A stretch of 64,000 bases of DNA, taken from Hyaloraphidium curvatum SAG 235-1 (lineage: Eukaryota; Fungi; Monoblepharomycota). Each line of letters begins with the position of its first letter. The first letter of the stretch is position 1. The stretch spans positions 372,001 to 436,000 of the forward strand of contig JAIVFI010000004.1 in the NCBI GenBank assembly GCA_025558095.1, read 5' to 3'. Position numbers and translations under genes: made by a program. The notes beneath the pieces are model-generated. The model did not search any database. It had not been told where the DNA came from and worked only from the letters and a program-made list of their open reading frames with translations. Positions 20,665 to 31,674 of the stretch are shown here, in pieces.

Positions 20665-22758
20665 ATGGAGCCCTCGGATACGATGGAGAAGGGACGGACC
20701 TCGCCGGGCGGGTCGGCGGACGAGATGGTCCCGGCGCCGGGTGCGAAGCGGCCCTGGTATCGCCATCCTCTGTTCTACGCCGCTTGCGCTCTCGCGGTCG
20801 CAGCGGCCATCGCGATTCCCACCGCCGTCGTGCTGACGAGCCGCGACGCCCCGGTGGCGGCGGCGGGAGAGGCGGGCCCGCCGCCCACGCCGACGTCCGC
20901 CGCGGGACCGATGCCGACGGCGACGCCGTCAGCGGACGACGACGATGATGCGCCGGCGCCCACGCAGGCCGCACAAGACGCCCTGCCGCTGCTCGCGTGC
21001 CGCAGACAAAACGGCTCGCGGCTCAACGTCACGCTGGCCGATGTCGGCATCAGCGCAAACTCGAGCATCCTCAGCCGTGTGGTCTTTAACGGCACAATCA
21101 CCTCGTATCCCGCGCAGCCCGTGCGCAACATCGGCACCACACGCCCGCTGGACTACACGCCGCCCGCCGTCGGTCCGTTCGCCTCGGTGCCGCCGTGCTC
21201 GCGGCCCTCAGTCCCGGCACCCGCGGGCTTCCAGCAGTTCCAGCCGTTCCTGCCCTGCATCCTCGCCGCGGACCCCGTCGACGTGCAGAACAACTACTAC
21301 CTCTCGCGCTCGGTCGGCACCTCGCGGCCCCTGGCCGCGGCGCTGACCACCCTGTTCCACGAGGCCGAGGAGACAGTACGGGACGACCACGTCTACACGG
21401 TCACCAAAAAGACCATCTTCCCGCCGATCCAGAACCCGCCGGATCCGCACACGTTCTACCACCCTTCGCCGTCGTACTTCCCGGACCCGACGTGCGTGGA
21501 TCCGGCCACGGGGCTTAAGAACAGCACCGCGTGCCCGTACATGCACTGCCCGGGCTCGATCCAGTCGCCTTTGTCGCGCGCTTCGAGGGACGACAACGAG
21601 CTCGCGGGGGTCGTGGACGCCGTGGGCCGCCTGGCCCTGCGCGCCTACTTTTCCGGCGCAGAGTTTGCAATCCGCGGGCCGGATGCCAATTCCACCGTCT
21701 ATTCGTCTCCTCGACGCGGGGCTACTTTCACGGTCGAAAGGACGCCGGGCACCAACGGTGGCAACGACACCGTGACGGTGCGCGCCGGGGACCTGGCCAC
21801 CGACCAGGCGCGCTACGTGGCCAAGGCGCAGGAGATCCTCTCAACCTTCTTCCTCTCGCCTCGGACCTTCATGCGGCCCAACTTCTTCTTCGCCGGGCAC
21901 TCGCACGGCTGGCCGCAGGAAGGCGCCTTCTTCAGCGGCTTCACCGGCTTTATCAGCCTCGTAGATTCGATTGTGCTCCTGGAGAGCCTGCCCGCATGGA
22001 ACGCCACCAGTGCCGGCGTCGACGGGCAGTCGGGCGCTGAGATCACGCAGGGCCTGCGCAAGTGGTTTGCGGACCTATACCAGTGGCAGGTCGACAACCT
22101 CGGCACGGACAAGGACCAGGAGCGGGTCAACAACATCGGGCAATGGGTGGACGCCGTCTGGGTCTCGGTCGCGCACTATGCCGGCCTCGCTGGCGAACCC
22201 GCAAAGATCCTCTCGCTGGTACCCGCGCGGCGCCTCGTTGTTGCGATCAACACCGAGGGCGAGATGGTCCGCGAGACCCGGCGGGCCAACTCGTACGGCT
22301 ATAGCTCCTTTTCGTTGAACGCCCTGTCGGCTCTCTCGTCCCAGGCGGATCGCTACGCCGGCGCCTCGGCGCCGGGGTCCACCAAGAACCTCGGCGGCCT
22401 GTGGACCTGGTACGATGCCGTACCCGATCGCAACTCGTCTTCGCTGCAGCGCGGCGTGGACTTTTCCCTGCCCTACGTGCCCGGCGCCGAACCGTACATC
22501 GGCGCCAACGTCTCGCTGCTCACGGGGAGGCCGTTCGAGGTCGCGGGCCGGCCGTGGCCCTTCCCGACGGACAAGCTCAGGGACACGCTGGGGATCGGGT
22601 ACGTCCGCACGGCATACCATGCGCTGGGCGGCAGGGAGGGCGAGGCGAGGGCGGATGCGGGGACCAACACGAGGCGTTATCGGGTCGCTTGGGAGGAGGG
22701 CAAAGCAATGGCTTTCGAGGACTGGAACGAGATCAGCCGGCTGATGGAGCCGGCGTAG
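20665..22758 (+). CDS. Membrane-anchored alginate-lyase-family (alpha/alpha-toroid) protein
   Basis: N-terminal TM helix (FYAACALAVAAAIAIPTAVVL). YTVTKKT..P..DPH, LALRAYFSG, FFLSPRTFMRPN, NNIGQW and GEMVRETRR resemble Alginate_lyase family blocks. Confidence 0.72.
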   Translation: MEPSDTMEKGRTSPGGSADEMVPAPGAKRPWYRHPLFYAACALAVAAAIAIPTAVVLTSRDAPVAAAGEAGPPPTPTSAAGPMPTATPSADDDDDAPAPTQAAQDALPLLACRRQNGSRLNVTLADVGISANSSILSRVVFNGTITSYPAQPVRNIGTTRPLDYTPPAVGPFASVPPCSRPSVPAPAGFQQFQPFLPCILAADPVDVQNNYYLSRSVGTSRPLAAALTTLFHEAEETVRDDHVYTVTKKTIFPPIQNPPDPHTFYHPSPSYFPDPTCVDPATGLKNSTACPYMHCPGSIQSPLSRASRDDNELAGVVDAVGRLALRAYFSGAEFAIRGPDANSTVYSSPRRGATFTVERTPGTNGGNDTVTVRAGDLATDQARYVAKAQEILSTFFLSPRTFMRPNFFFAGHSHGWPQEGAFFSGFTGFISLVDSIVLLESLPAWNATSAGVDGQSGAEITQGLRKWFADLYQWQVDNLGTDKDQERVNNIGQWVDAVWVSVAHYAGLAGEPAKILSLVPARRLVVAINTEGEMVRETRRANSYGYSSFSLNALSALSSQADRYAGASAPGSTKNLGGLWTWYDAVPDRNSSSLQRGVDFSLPYVPGAEPYIGANVSLLTGRPFEVAGRPWPFPTDKLRDTLGIGYVRTAYHALGGREGEARADAGTNTRRYRVAWEEGKAMAFEDWNEISRLMEPA

Positions 22759-22811
22759 CGTACGTATCTGTGACTTGCTTAATCTATTGACTGTTGGTGC
22801 GTGTGGAAAGA

Positions 22812-23978
22812 TCAAATGATGAACTTCGAGCCGACGACGCTGTGCACCACGCGGTCCGTTCCAAAGGTGTTTTCGAGCTCCGTGAGCGCGCGGAAGCCCG
22901 TGCAGTGGCCGGGGACTACCAGCTCTACGCCCTCCTTGAGCAGATCCGAGGCCGTCGACTTGATCCAGTCCATGGGCCGGTCCGCCGTGTGGTAGCCACC
23001 CTGTCACGATCTCGGCCGTCAGTCTATGTCATCGAGGAGACTGCGACGGCAGCACGCACCATGACCCAGTGGATCTTGTCGTTCGGGAACCGCCTGCGGA
23101 CGTCCTTGACCACGTTTACGATCCCGGCGTGCGAGCAGCCTGAGAGGACGACAAGGCCCTTCTTGTGCTTGACAAGCATGTACCGCTCATCCATGATGAG
23201 GGGGTCGTCCTTCCATTGCTTCGCCTCGGGATCGTATGATGCGTGCGTGGCCAGTCCGACTTCGTACGACGTGACCCGCGGGATCGACGGCGAGCAGAAG
23301 AACGTGTCGGCCAGCAGATGGGGTTCGCCGGCGCCCGAGGTCCCGCCGAGGCGCAGGATCTCGCCGCCCAGTGCCTCCAGTTCCTCGGGCGACGGGTTCC
23401 CCTTCATCGTGAAGTAGCGCGGCGGAGCATCCGGGGTGGGGCCGGGGAGGCGGCCGCCCCGATGCCGCACAAAGTCCGGGTGAAGGGAGACGACGGGCTT
23501 GTTTCCCGCGGCCGCGCAGGAACGGACCGCGTGCGGCAGACCGCCCGAGTGGTCGATGTGCCAGTGCGAAAGGAAGATTCCTTCGATTTTGGAGAAGTCG
23601 ATCCCCAGGAGCTTCGAGTTCGTCGAAAAGACGCGCTCGTGCGGGCCCCCGTCGAAGAGTACGGTACGTTCCTTGCCATCGCGCACAGCGGTGAGAAGGA
23701 CCTGATTCCGCGGCCGCGTGAGGAATGGCGACTCGGCTCGGAGCCGGACCACGCACCGAGTAACCGTGGGCCGCATCACACATACATCCGAAGTCAAGCT
23801 CCGGGACTCCTGGGTGGCCTTCCTCCGCCGACGGTTTCGCTCCCGACGCCATGATGGTGCGAAAGATATCCGGAATGTGCTTCGCGGCCGCGGGTTGCGG
23901 CGAGAGTGCATCCGTGCAATTGTCCACGACTACGAGGAGGTGCAGCGAGTCGACTTCGGGCGGCGTGACGTCTGACAT
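22812..23978 (-). CDS. Metallo-beta-lactamase-fold hydrolase, 3 exons
   Basis: VVVDN, AHGYS, LFDGG, SHWHIDHSGG, SGCSHAGIVN, GGYH and PGHCTG motifs. Confidence 0.88.
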
Positions 23979-24253
23979 CGTGCAAGGCCTCGGGAGAAGG
24001 ACGGGATGCGCCTTGGGAGACACGACAGAGAAGGATGTGGTGGAGTGGGCGGATGTGAAATCAACCGGGAGGCACTCCACTCCACTTGCTCCCTCTCTGA
24101 TAGCCTAGCCAAACGAGTAAGGAATAGAATGCTTATAGGCAATCCGAGCTAGATTCCTTGCTGCATCGGTTCGGCTCCTCAAGGTCCTCAAGCCCGGAGT
24201 TCGACTTGGCATCCAATCATCCAAATATCGGCCACGGCCGCGACCCCGCAACG

Positions 24254-25826
24254 ATGGCCATTGACGGACCTCGGCGGCCATTTTCGCAGGCCGTCGTGCT
24301 CTGCGGCTACGGAAATCGCCTGGCACCGCTCACGGATGACGAGGCACGGCTCCCCAAGGCACTGCTGCCCGTCGCCGGCGAACCGGTTCTGAAACGCTCG
24401 CTCGACTGGCTGCTGGCAGATGGCTCCGTCGACGGTGGGATACGCGCATCGCGGCGCTGCGTTTACATTGGACGCTTTCTGACGCGGGATTGCATGCCCC
24501 CTCGAACATTGGACGTGGCCTTTGCTTTCCGTTCCTGCAGAGGCAGTTCTGGTTGTCCGCCGGGCGTCGGAGCGACCGATGCGGGATTTCGCGGCGTCGT
24601 ACAAGCCACCAACATCGAACGCCAAAGCTGCATTGAAGTTTGTGGTCGCGTCCGGGCCTGGAGACGCCGGAGACGAACACGACACCTCGTCGTCTCTCCA
24701 CGCCTTGGAGGCGGCGCTGCCGGCGATAACTGCGGACCCTTTTGCCGTGGTCTCCTGCGATTTGGTCACGGACGTGCCGTTTGCGGAACTGGTCGGCGCG
24801 GCTCGCGACGCAGCGAGCCGCAACGGCGGGACCTTGCCGGCCTTGACCGCACTCTTCTACGAGGGTGCCAAAGTGGAAAAGGGCGGCGCCAGCGCAGAGC
24901 GCGGAAATGACAAAGATCCAGGTGCTCATCTCGCTCATCATGTCGGGACGTCGCTAACTTGGTTGAATGGACTACAGAGGCCGACCAGCTCGTTTTGGCG
25001 CCGTCTTCTCCGGGGTCTCCGGCGGATCTTCTCATGCTTCTTCCCCACAATCCCGATCGCGAATCCCTCGTTTTGCAGCCTTCTCTCCTGTCACGGCATC
25101 CGCGGGTACGGGTGTCTCCGGCATATCGAGACGCACATGCCTACTTGCTCCGGCGATGGGCTGCCAATTGGATGGTCTCCCGCGCCGCCGACTGGCACAG
25201 TCTCCGCGAAGAGGCAATTCCGGCGCTCGTCAAGGCGGCCTGGAAGGGACCTGAATGGCGAGAGAAGAATGGGCTGGACAAAGGTGCGGGTCACGCGGCA
25301 CTAGTTTTCGGCTTGACTCGATCTCCACCCCACAATCCAGCCATCGTCGCCGGAGATTTCGGCATCATGCCTGTCCACGTTCGCGCGCACCTTCTTCCCG
25401 CCACATCGGAACGCTACTGCCTGCGGGCCAATCGCGCGTGGTCGCTGCTGGAAGCAAATCGCCGCTTCTTGGACGCCGCGCCGCCCGGACCAAAAGAAAC
25501 GGGCAAACCGATCGTGCTCGTCCGGAGATCCGCAGTTGGGACGGGTGCATCACTCGGATTGGATGCCAAGATTGTGAACTCCGTGCTTGGAAAGGACGTG
25601 GCCGTGGGCGAGAAGAGCAAGCTGGAGGGCTGCATCGTGGCGGACGGCGCAAAGATCGGGATCAACTGCAGTTTGACTTCATGCGATGTGGGACCGGGTG
25701 CCGTAGTGGACGACGGAAGTGAGTTGCCGCCGCTAGAGCACATGTCTCTTGCTTATGCGAGTTCCAGCGACGGCCAAGGGAGAAACCTTTTCGGCCGAAG
25801 ATGATGAAGAAGACGACGACGAGTAG
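24254..25826 (+). CDS. GCD1: Translation initiation factor eIF2B gamma subunit, multi-exon
   Basis: QAVVLCGYGNRLAPL..LPKALLPVAG.P, VVSCDLVTD, DAHAY, SLREEAIPALVK, CLRAN..LEANR and C-terminal hexapeptide (left-handed beta-helix) repeats. Confidence 0.82.
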
Positions 25827-26257
25827 ATTGCGTCCGCACAACAAGATTCCCCCGCAGAGCAGTGTCCTTTTTTCCGATTCTCCCGGTCCTTCGCCTGCTT
25901 TTTCCCCAGCTGATCCACCATCATTCTGGGGTCGTTCTTTCCGGGCATGTGCTCGTTGGCGGGATCCGTGAGGCGCGCAATGTCGGCAGCGGCGCTCCCT
26001 TCCCGGTTGCGGTCTGTGGCAACGCAGGAATCAGCCGAGCCTTAGCAGCGCGACAGAGACGAACTGATTATAGCATCGTCGAGCTCGTGCGGGACGTGGG
26101 AACCCGCGCTGTCAGCGTAGCTGACTTTGTCCTGCCCGTGCGATGAGCTGGCGCTCGACAGCGCGACGCCGGGCCCGCGAACCTGCGTAAACTTGCTGAT
26201 GGTGTCGTGCGCACCGCCGCCGCCGGCGTGCGTGCCTTTGTGGACCGTCCTGGACAT
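25733..26257 (-). CDS. Small hypothetical protein, 3 exons
   Basis: MSRTVHKG..KFTQ / DKVSYAD..DAII / NRNREGS..DRENRKKG join in frame through two GTTCG...CAG introns. 3' end is uncertain. Confidence 0.45.
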
Positions 26258-26383
26258 GGTTGCGTCCTGTTCGAATTGTCGACGATGACTCAGCGCGGTG
26301 TGCTCGCAACTCGACCATTCGGGTCAAGCTCAAGTAGCTGTGTAGAGTTGACAAAACTCTCCCCTGCTACTCACTGAAAACGT

Positions 26384-28037
26384 CTACCAATCAAGAAACC
26401 GCCTCCCGGCACGTCGTCTCCTCTTGGCCTCCTGCGCGGCGAAGCTCGCGCCGTTGTTCACGATCGTGTCCACCTCCCCGAACGAAGTCCAGCCGCCGGC
26501 CCCTCCCAAGAAACCGGCATCGCACTCCTCCAAAGCCTCCGTGAGGCTCTGGCTGTTGGCCGAATAAAACTGCTTGAACCTGGAGGATCGCGGATTCGCC
26601 TTTGACAAAAGCCGGCTGCGGAAGCGGCACCTACCAGCGCCGGTACTGGAGGATCGCGGATTCGCCCTTGACGAATGCCGGCTGCGGAAGCGGCACCTTC
26701 TTGTCGAAGATTGCGGCGTCCCGATCGTACTGCAAGATCATGCCGTAAAAGGTGGTTTTCACTATGGGTCGAGGAACAAGAAGCGGGGCGTAGCATGTAT
26801 GTGTCACGCGCATGAGGAGAGGGTAAACTGGCGTGAGGGTTTCGACAATGATGGTCTCTGTCGCTCCACTGCCAATGTGCAGGACGGACATGCCGGGTCC
26901 ACACTGTACGGCGCGCGCGCTCATGTCGCCAACGGCGATACCGAACATGCGAAGCACGTGGCGCACGCGGATCTCGAGTACTGGCTTGCCCGATTCATCG
27001 TAAGCTCCGATCATGTCATGCACCATGAAAGGAACAAGGGATGGAAAGATCGACTCCTGGTGCGTGTACTTGAAGTGGCTAACGTCGCTCCCGTTCTCTG
27101 GAAGCTCGGCGATGTGGGCCCTCACGTAGTGCACGGCCTCGCCGTGGAAAGCGTAGCCTCCTAACAAGGTTCCACGCCCGTTTGGCGCAATCTTTGGGTG
27201 CTGGTACGGTCGGAACGGAATGTCCTTTCCGCGTCGACCTTCGGCGTCGATCCAGGCAAACACGATCCCGTTGGCTTCCTCGAGCTCATAAACATTCACA
27301 TGGTTTGCGGGGCCGGGAACCGCAGCTGCCGCGCCGTCCGAGTAAGGAATCTCCTTAAGCTTGCCGCAGCCCGGCCCGGCAAATCTCTCCTTCCCGAGGT
27401 CAAATCTCCACGAGTGGAATGGGCACTCGATGCAGCCGTCCGCGGTAAGCCGTCCTTCCGCGAGGTTCGCGCCCATATGCGGGCACGCGGCATCCACGGC
27501 CCTGAACACGGGGTGCCCGTCCCTGTCCTCCTGCAGCCTGGCAACCGCGATGGTCCGCCCGCAGGCCTCGACCTGGCGGATCTCGCCCCGCTTCATATCC
27601 GCCGATCGCACGAGTCGGTACCAAGCATTCGGGTAGGGCGGAGGTAGGGCGTCGAGGATCTTTTTCGGGTACCTCTTGGGCCGAGTCCTCGGACCAACCC
27701 ATTCATAGCGGAGAGGGGCGAACAACGCCCGAAGGACCCCGCGCAGGAAGTGCAGGGCAACGATGCCCACAGCAAGGATCGCCACGGCGTAGAATAGGTC
27801 CGAGTAGTCGTGTGCCACGCGTTGCAGCGTGCTCTGCGCCCATGTCAGCGACAGGTGCGGGATTCGTTCCGACCCTGGGCCCGGCGGGGTCGCCACGGAG
27901 GAGCGGTTCGTGAAGGCCGCAAACAGCCGCTCGAGCGCGCCCGGCGCCTTGTGCGGTGCGCGGCTGGCGGGCTTGGCGGCACCGGCCGGCGCTGAAGCCG
28001 GGAAAAGGCGCTGCCACAGGGATTCGAGGGCGTCCAT
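26384..28037 (-). CDS. Rieske sterol oxygenase, cholesterol 7-desaturase (Neverland/DAF-36)-like, 2 exons
   Basis: N-terminal TM helix, PPPYPNAWY, Rieske CPHMGANL..CPFHSWRF, non-heme iron ENGSDVSHFKYTH, and C-terminal YRRW/FKQFYSANS restored by intron 26580-26634. Confidence 0.88.
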
Positions 28038-28115
28038 CGAACTTGCGGGCTGCGTGTGGCGCGCGTGGTGGAGGAGCCGTATCCCCGACTGCCTCCCACC
28101 GCGTCTACGCGTCCA

Positions 28116-29028
28116 ATGGCGGCCAAGAAAGTGCTGATCATTACCGGCGGATCCCGCGGCATCGGTGCCGCAGTCGCCCGGCTCGCCGCCCCCTCGTTCA
28201 ACGTCGCCCTCACTTCCAACGCGAACAAGGAGGCGGCCGAGGCCCTCCTCCCCTCCCTGCGCTCCCACGGCAACAAAGCGATGGCCGTGCGGTGCGACGT
28301 CGCGTCGGAAGACGACGTCGTCGGCCTCTTCCGCGCCGTCGAGTCGGAGCTGGGCCCTGTCACGCACCTGTGCAATTCCGCGGGCATCCTCGGCCCGATC
28401 TCGCGGTTGGACGCGATGGACGCGAAGCGGATCGAGGACGTGTTCCGGACCAACGTGCTGGGCACTTTTCTGTGCTGCCGGGAGGCCGTGAGGAGGATGT
28501 CGACGGCAAAGGGGGGCCGGGGCGGCGCGATCGTCAACCTGTCCTCTGCGGCGGCAAGATTAGGCTCGCCATTCGAATTTGTCGACTACGCGAGCTCAAA
28601 GGGGGCCATAGATACGTAGGTCCCATCGCGGGCGAAATGCGGGCTCAATTCGACATGGGATGATCGCCAGGCTCACGATCGGGCTCGCGAAGGAGGTTGC
28701 CCGCGAGGGGATCCGCGTGAACGCGGTCAGGCCCGGGCTGATAGCCACAGGTGGGTGGTTCGGCGGGCAGATGAACGATCGTGACGGAACGGGCACCAGA
28801 CATACACGCGAGCGCTGGCGCCCCCGACCGGGTCGAAAGATTGGCCGCCGGGGTGCCGATCGGCCGCGGCGGCACGGCCGAGGAGGTCGCGCACAGCATC
28901 ATGTACTTGCTGGACGACGTCGCTGCGAGCTATGTGACTGGTGAGCTCCGCTCTTTTCCTTCCTTATTTTGGCTGCTGAGGCGAACGATCTCACAGGTGC
29001 GATCCTCGATGTCGCTGGTGGACGATAG
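28116..29028 (+). CDS. Short-chain dehydrogenase/reductase, 4 exons
   Basis: ITGGSRGIG, NSAG, VNLSS, YASSKGA, IRVNAVRPG and SYVTG/AILDVAGGR. Confidence 0.92.
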
Positions 29029-29140
29029 AATGAACTGGTGCCAACGACGATCGGATCGTCCTTGTGATGAGGCTCCAGCAGGTTCACATGAAAGACTGGG
29101 TTGCTTCAGCTTTTGGCACCTCTTTCTCCTTCCTGCTTTC

Positions 29141-29290
29141 ACGTCGAACTTCGGGACGAAAGCCGTAGCTTGCAAAGAATGGGGTCATCTTCGTCGATGC
29201 ATAGGAAGGAAATTTGTTGTAGGCGAAATTCCGGGCGAGGCAAGAGCTCTCTCCAGTTGTTCTGGTCGTAGTTCACAAACGCTTGCTTCA
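29141..29290 (-). mobile_element. Ty3/Gypsy LTR-retrotransposon integrase remnant
   Basis: Minus strand gives AFVNYDQNNWRELLP.PEF / AYN / SYASTKMTPFFASYGFRP across frameshifts, matching the gypsy integrase C-terminal core (W..LLP.AEFAYN...ST..TPF...YG..P). Confidence 0.75.
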
Positions 29291-29876
29291 GGAACTTCTT
29301 TGCCGCAACGCGAAGGAGGCGAGTCTCAGTGAAGGAGTGGCCGCAGCCGGCACGCGAGAGCGCGAGGACGAGAAATTTGTTGTAGGGAAGGGAAACGTAT
29401 ACAGCCTCGCAGACGCAAACGGGCGTTCGGTCGCCAATCCGGTGATGGCCATCGAGCCGGAAGTGGAGGCCGGATTGCGAGAGATCTCCCGGGCGGCCGT
29501 CCCCGTCCCAAGATCAAGGCGACGGGGCGTTCGCAGGCCGTGCAGGAAGCGGCCCGGATCAAGTTTGCGGCCGTTCTGCAGGCCTGAAGGCAGGGGGCAA
29601 GGCCGGATGCGCTGGGTGATCCGTCAGGGGGAGGGGGCGATCCTGGAGCCCAACCGACGGGCGGTCCGCGCGAGCGGAGGGGACGGATATCGTTGTGGAT
29701 CACGGCAGAGATGCAGGCGATGTAGCGTATTCGACATTTTCCCTCGACCCTAGTAAGGCGCACTTCGTCCATCCAAGACCCATCGAGCGCTGCTGGGGCT
29801 GCGGACGTGGCATTGTTCGTGAGATGGCGATCCAGCGTCCGGCCGCCGGTACCCCGACCCACCGCACCGCACCGCC

Positions 29877-30571
29877 TCAGCAGACCTTGAGCCTGAGCTC
29901 GAAAGTATCGGCATTCTGTGTTGTCGTCGTGCACGTTCCCTGGCGACACTGGCAGTAAAATCCACCGTAGGTGATGTAGTGCGTCCCGGTCTTGCCCGCG
30001 TTGACACATGCGTCCTCGCAAGCGTCAAGGGTGCCATAATCTCCGGTAAAGTCGTACGTGCTGGCGAAATCGAAATCCGGTTCCGGTGCCTCGCTGCACC
30101 TGATGGTGGTCTGGTCGTTGTTGCTGCATGTCTCGCCGTACTGCGGGGCACACGCGTCAGACGGTAGCCGAGATGGGGGGTACGAGCTGGACGGGGGGGA
30201 ACCGACCCTGCGGTACAGCCCGCGCTCGTGGTACTGCGTATGGGCGACGCAGGCAACGTGCTCGGCCGGTGCGCCGGGGTAGGAGAACTCGCTGCGGCCA
30301 GGGGGAGGCACATCGGTGAGCTTCGGACCGGGCCCCGAGGCCGCGGGGGTTCCACCAGTAGACATCCTCCGCGCACTCGGCGCAGCTCCGCTTGAAGATC
30401 ACCGGGACGTCGGCGTCCGTCAGCACGGCGGCGGCGGGCGCGCTGCGATGCGTGGGGCCGGGATCAATGCGATCGGTAGACGGGGTCGGATGGCGGGACC
30501 CACGCGAGGGCCGTCGGGGCCGCGGCGAGCACCGCCAGGGCGAGCGAAACGAGGAAGGCAACGGGCCGCAT
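29877..30571 (-). CDS. Small secreted cysteine-rich protein with WSC-like C-terminus, 4 exons
   Basis: Signal peptide MRPVAFLVSLALAVLAAAPTALA, KR site, and three GT-AG introns joining in frame to ...TLDACEDACVNAG..YGGFYCQC...VC. Confidence 0.7.
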
Positions 30572-30974
30572 CGGGGCGCGGGCTTGGCTGCCGGATGGGG
30601 AGGGCAAGGGGCGTTTTTGCCGTTGGCGGCGCAACTACGGTTGGCGTTGCGCACGTCAGCCCGATTTTGCGGGCCGCTCGCCGCTCAGGGACCAGAACGG
30701 CCCAGATCGGGCGCGAGACCGCGGGCTTTCCGCGTTTTCTCGTGTGGCATGCAACTGCCTCCATGATCAACCCGAGGATGTGCGCATCGCCTTGCATTTG
30801 CTCCGAAAAGTCTCGGCGAGCCTCCCCAGCAGATTTTCAGAGTTTTCTCGCAGACAAAGACCTTATCCATCCGCCCGCGCCGCCGATCTCCAACCTGCCC
30901 GCCGCCGCCCCTCGCAATCTCGGTACGCATCGCGCCACCGCTCCCGCGCCGCGCCCGACCGACCGCCGCGCAGG

Positions 30975-31531
30975 ATGCCCGCCCACGAATCGTTCGGCCG
31001 CGCGCTGGCCGGCACCATCGCCGTATTCACCGGCTCCGCGTGGGCAAGGCCGTCGCGCTCGCCGCCGCCGAGAGCCTGGCGCTGGACGTCACGGCACCGG
31101 ATGCCGGGGACAGGATCCTGAATTCGTGCATCGAAAAGCTCGGCCGCGCGGCCGCGCTCTTTCTCTGCGCGGGGATCTACTCGTCCGCCTCGCTCGAGGA
31201 CACGACGGACGAGATGTGGGACCGCGTGCACACGCTCAACCTCAAGTCGGCCTTCAGGATCTGCCGTGCTTTTGCACCGCATGTCGAGTCGGAGCTGGGC
31301 CCTGTCATACACGTGAGCGCCGATCGGGTCGAAAGACTAGCCGCTGGGGTGCCGATCGGCCGCGGCGGCACGGCCGAGGAGGTCGCGCACAGCATCATGT
31401 ACCTCCTGGACGACGTCGCTGCGAGCTATGTTACTGGTGAGCTCCCCTCTTTCCTTTCCGTCTTTTGGCCGCTGAGGCGAACGATCTCACAGGGGCGATC
31501 CTCGATGTCGCCGGTGGACGATAGAATAGAC
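30975..31531 (+). pseudogene. Chimeric SDR pseudogene
   Basis: 5' part is a degraded, different SDR (IAVFTGSA, CAGIY, WDRVHTLNLKSAF). About 31283-31531 is a near-identical patchwork copy of 28338-28362 and 28802-29031, including the last intron. Confidence 0.8.
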
Positions 31532-31674
31532 AGCTGCAATTATTGCCGTCCTCGTCTCGGGTTCGTTCTGCCTTTTTCTGGCCTTCGGCTTTGGGAGACC
31601 ACGTGGACTTGTTTACCCGGCCGATCATGCAAGCCGAATCCCGTCCCCTCTTTTTCGTCGCCCCGACCGCCACC

